Part shown: in pieces, positions 59,759 to 64,000 of the stretch
Layout of the letters: each line of letters opens with the position of its first letter
How positions within the stretch are numbered: the first letter of the stretch is position 1
NCBI GenBank assembly: GCA_950097015.1
Contig: CATNEN010000039.1
Coordinates: forward strand, 6,882,001-6,946,000
DNA: 64,000 nucleotides
Source: Macrostomum hystrix
Taxonomy: Eukaryota > Animalia > Platyhelminthes
Reading direction: 5' to 3'
Translations under genes and position numbers: made by a program
Notes under the pieces: model-generated
Seen by the model: the letters and a program-made list of their open reading frames with translations, nothing else
Database searches by the model: none
Told to the model about the DNA's origin: nothing

Positions 59759-61763
59759 GCGGATGCCTGAGCTTTGGCTGCTCAGTCGGCTCGGCTTCGA
59801 CCACGGCGGACACGGCACTGCAAGCTGTCACCGCAGCCTCTGAAGAAGCTGACGATGTCGCCGAGGCGGCGTCTTCATCAGCGTCGCCAGTTTCGTCGTA
59901 GTCAACGGACGCATCTCGAAACCTACTCAGCGTCGACGATGTCGTCTTCGGCGTCAGATCGAACTCGGGCGGCGTTGGCGACTGCGGTCGCAGCTCCTGG
60001 CTCATGAAGCCGCTGTCGCTGGAGGCTCCGCCGTTACCGTTAGCGCCGGCGCCGCCACCGCCTGGCCGCAGCGAGCTGGCCGGCATGCCTGGCAGGAGGA
60101 TCGCCCCGACGGCGCGCATTGTCGACGAGGACGACGATGAAGACGCGCCGCCGCCGATGGCGCCGTACAAGTCGGACTCGGCGCTACCTGGAGAATGAAG
60201 CAATTGAAGAACACAATCCACCAGGCAGAAAACACTACGGGCGCTTTAGATAGGGCAGAAGTTGGCCCAGATGGGGGGTAAGTGGCTGAGCGGTCTAACG
60301 CGTTTGCCTCTCGCACCAAGGTCCCTAAGCTCGAGCAGCCGCGGAGAGAAGGCTTGGGGCTTGTCGTGCAATTTACGTCCTTCAGGGCCAAATTGCAAGG
60401 CACAGTGAGAGTGTACACTGCCTGACGACGCTCACCTGTGTGAGCGTGTGCCTTCGTACAGCATCTGTGAGTGTGTGCTCAGGAGTCAGCGAAACGGGCA
60501 GAATTGCCTCCTCGCTGGCTGCGGGTCTAGGGACACCAAATGATGTGCCACTGCCCTCAGCCCTCCTGCAATTATTATTTTTATTATTGGACCAGATTTA
60601 CATCCAGAGGCGGTGTACAGCTTATCAGTCCGTGGACTGGGGAGCGTCACAATCGGCCAAAAATGTCCGGACCACTGTTGAAACGAACTAACGAACAGTC
60701 GTAGATTATGACTGTACTTAAAGTGGCATATCCGTCGCCTATAACTATGCTCAAAATGGCAATTCATTCGCCTGTAACTGTGCTCAAAATGGCAATTCAT
60801 TCGCCTGTAACTGTGCTCAAAATGGCAATTCATTCGCCTGTAACTGTGCTCAAAATGGCAATTCATTCGCCTGTAACTGTAATCAAAATGGCAATTCATT
60901 CGCCTGTAACTGTAATCAAAATGGCAATTCATTCGCCTGTAACTGTAATCAAAATGGCAATTCATTCGCCTGTAACTGTAATCAAAATGGCAATTCATTC
61001 GCCTGTAACTGTGCTCAAAATGGCAATTCATTCGCCCATAAATGTGTTGAAAATGACATATTCGTCGTCCGTAACTGTGCTTAAAATGACACATCCGTCG
61101 CCTGTAACTATCCTTAAAATGACCAAATAGCTTAATAATCATATTGCTTATTGAGCGTTGACAAACTGGAAACAGGTAACTGAAAACTAGATTGAGACCT
61201 CACCATGAGAATTGACACTCGGAGCCGGGCTAAAACTGCGTTTGGGAGGTCCCCCGCTAGTCGCGGCGCCGACTGACGATACCGACGCGAGAGTGGCATC
61301 GGCGCCATCGTCGCAGCAGTTTGTGAGGCCGGACATTCTCTCTGTCAGATCGCGCAGGTGGCCAAATTCGTCAGCCAGTCCAGCTAGAAGGTCCAGGCCG
61401 GGCTTCAGGCAGGCCAGGAAGCAAGACAGTCGCGCCCGACCCTCCTGGCGAGCCAGCCGCAGCCAGTGCCGCTCCACCGTCAGCTGACGCTCCTGCCAGC
61501 GCAGCGACTCGGCCAGGGCCTGCTCAAGCTGACCGCTGTCCATCAGCTGACTGCCAGACGACTGCCGGCGTCGGCGGCCTAATCGAAGAGATTCAGAAGC
61601 GCCGCCGCCGTAGACAATGCTGCCGCCGCTGCCAGCAGAGCGCTTGGCATCAGACCGGAGTCGCTTCAGCTCCCGATGGCGCTCCTTCTCCAGCTGCTGA
61701 GTTTGACGACGCCAAGCTTCGAGACGATCTGCCAGCGGAGCGGCCAGACTATCTTGCAGATGT
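58959..61763 (-). CDS. MTSS1: MTSS1/MIM-like I-BAR (IMD) protein, last two exons (61763-61204 and 60187-58959). The 5' exons lie beyond the window
   Basis: LQDSLAAPLADRLEAWRRQTQQLEKERHRELKRLR..QLEQAL..EGRARLSCFLACLKP..EFGHLRDLTERMSGLT matches the second half of the IMD domain. SSDSGFMSQE matches the MIM SxDSGFxSQD motif. The junction is phase-1 consistent. Confidence 0.85.
60273..60590 (+). mobile_element. tRNA-derived SINE, family B, in an MTSS1 intron
   Basis: GGGGGGTAAGTGGCTGAGCGGTCTAACGCG tRNA-like head, body shared with 15411-15772, and an (ATT)n end. Confidence 0.75.
60705..61128. repeat. 33-bp minisatellite (TGTGCTCAAAATGGCAATTCATTCGCCTGTAAC)
   Basis: About 12 copies, homogeneous in the centre and diverged at both edges. 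Confidence 0.93.
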
Positions 61764-61866
61764 CTGGAGAGCATTGGGAAACGTATGTTCGCGTTTAACC
61801 AGAGTGTTGTCTTCTTCTTTCCTTTCCTTCCTTCCTTCTTCTTCTTCTTTCTCCTCTCCTCTTCTC

Positions 61867-62075
61867 CCTATACTAAAATTCAAAACTATCTATATATATA
61901 TGCGCGATCGATTTTCTCAAAAACGGCTCAACCGATTTTCACCATTTCTTCACCAAAATATGCCAAATATGGGGACAATTATACACGTATTTTTCCATTA
62001 AGCTTAATTCCATTGCCAAGGGGATTAAATATTAGAAAAACATGATTTTTTGCACATTTTTAAAAAGGTCAAACC
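61867..62075 (+). mobile_element. Possible non-autonomous Helitron-like element 5' end
   Basis: CTATACTA..TCTATATATATAT followed by CTCAAAAACGGCTCAACCGATTTTCACC resembles invertebrate Helitron-like repeats as I recall them. No 3' CTRR or hairpin was identified. Confidence 0.35.
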
Positions 62076-62861
62076 ATCTTGGCCTATTGAGAATTTTACT
62101 CACTGCCACTGAATTAGAATTGCATCGTCAAATTGCGCAACAACCCCTAGCTGATTGAATTTGAAGCCTGCACCCAGAGACAAATCGGAAATAAATGTAC
62201 ACAACCAACCCCCAGACTAAGTGTATTCTATTTTCTTACTTCACTGTACAAAGTCAGAACTTTGAGAATTCATTTTATAAGGCAGATTTTTGCACCCACA
62301 ATCCAACAGTCGGAATAGCCGATGTGTAGGCACTAGGAATAGGTTAGGCCACAGATACTATATTAACTAGATATGTCACTCAGCAATATTCCATTAAGCT
62401 ACTTTCAAGTCAGTAGAAATATGAACATTTCTTTTTCTTTTTTGTTTGACTATAAGAAAAGTCGTTCGAGTTTAATACAAGAATACCGTTGACAACACAA
62501 ATTAAAATCCAGATGATGCTAAATGAATTGTGGTTTTTACACCACTTTTAACACTGTACATGTATTTAATTTTGCAAAAGAAAATTTAAACATAACATTG
62601 GATTCTTTGCGAAGTCATATAGCTAATACAAATGTGCATAAAGTGCCGACAGAGTATGTACAGAAAATATTAAGCAAACGAACAGCGCCAAACAGTATTG
62701 AAGTATTTCAAGGATTAAACAATGCAAACGCCAAAATATAGCATGCGCAAATATAAAATATAAAATGAGCAAATTTATAGATTTTGTATAACGGATCAAA
62801 CTTCTGGTGTAAATGATAAACAGTTATGAATGGCTTGTGTTGGAGGAATGACAGTCAATAA

Positions 62862-63748
62862 CTAGTTAAACTTCTTCACTTTGCGCAATGCGGAATACCT
62901 TGATAGTGCACTCGACCGCATTTGGCATCGGCACCAGTGATGCAGCCGCAAATGTGAAAACGTGCGGAATACTCGCTGTTGCACTTGTTCAAGATGTTGT
63001 TCACAAGCAGGAAAAGCAATTCCGGATGAGAAAAAAAGTTCTGTCAACCGACAGGAAACTTTTGGCCGCAAAATAAAGCTAGGGGACTGAGCGGTAAATA
63101 CAGCCTCCATTTGGTTAAAGCTTTGTAATGCAGCTGGAGAAGGCAGTTTCAAACCACTGACTGCATGGGAGTGCATCTTGAGTACCCCTGTAGGATGATC
63201 GGCAGTCAGCACCAGCTTGCAGGCTTGGCATTCCAGGACGCCGCTCCTTTTCAAAACAAACCCGCCCACATACTCGGTGGCTTCTTTAAGTACTGAATCG
63301 AGTTTGGGCAGCTCTTGTGACTCCAAGACATGCGCCGGTGAATCGTCGGTAGAAATCGAATGATATACTGCAGAAACGATTGCGCTGCTGCTGCTGCTGC
63401 TGCTGCCTTCTATGCATGCACTGTCTGCCGTGACTGCAGCCGTGCAGCCGTCGTCTTCGCAGTTTCTGGCAGCAGAATCTGGATGCGCGACCGCAGTCGA
63501 GTTGCAGCATCATGTCTTAGGGAAGGACAATTGTAGGCATCATCGGTAAAATGCATGCTGCAAACTCGCGATCCCATCTTGCGGATCGTTTCGATGTCCA
63601 GATCGATTTCCAGCAGCCGCTGCCATCGACTTGCAACTTCGTTGTCGCTTGGGAATCTATGCATTCGAACAGCGACTCCATCATCCGTTAGAGATTCGGC
63701 AGTGTAAGTGCACGTTGCCGCACAGCAGCGCTTGGAACTGAAGTTCAT
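62862..63748 (-). mobile_element. Internally deleted P-element/THAP9-like transposase gene (THAP domain joined out of frame to the transposase C-terminal domain)
   Basis: THAP: CCAATC..MHRFP..RW..RVCSMHF (63748-63540). A second frame, open from ~63508, reads SAARNCEDD..EYVGGFVLKR..CQAC..GLKLPS, typical of P-like transposase C-termini. No room is left for the catalytic core. Confidence 0.75.
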
Positions 63749-64000
63749 GCTAAAGCTGTTGCTAACATGTCGCTGTTTTGTGTATGAATTTAACTTCGCT
63801 TTAAGATGATGTTCTGTCGATAACCCCCACCCCCTACGCTGGGTGTGTGCGATCTTATTTTCCATCCCTCTTAACTTCCTATTGGTCCATTTGGTCTGCT
63901 CCTCTCACTCCCATTGTCAACGTGCATTCCACTGCCAATTTTAATGATTGCATCAGGGCCAGTTTTGTTAAAATTGTGTACACTGATAAGAATTTCACTG

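Overview
Eukaryotic (metazoan) genomic DNA with spliceosomal GT-AG introns. The CAG-rich low-complexity exons and minisatellite-filled introns suggest a free-living flatworm such as Macrostomum (inference only). In order the window holds: (1) the 3' 14 kb of a giant uninterrupted ORF, open past the left edge (>=4681 aa). It is a ~62% Arg/Lys 29-aa repeat ending in a short acidic tail. Its uncharged residues fall in a 3-4-3-4-4-3-4-4 (7+11+11) helical register, suggesting a polycationic alpha-helical/coiled-coil fibre, possibly related to KR-rich flatworm adhesive proteins. (2) A C1-RA-SARAH RASSF gene (-) with a solo-LTR-like insertion. (3) EXOC2/Sec5 (+), head-to-head with RASSF. (4) A Shab/Kv2 potassium channel (-). 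(5) A 7.2-kb 16-bp satellite and many other minisatellites. (6) The 3' part of an MTSS1/MIM I-BAR gene (-). (7) An internally deleted THAP/P-element-like transposon. Two tRNA-derived SINE families and a tRNA-like element are dispersed through the window. All exon boundaries were read by eye and no database search was run.
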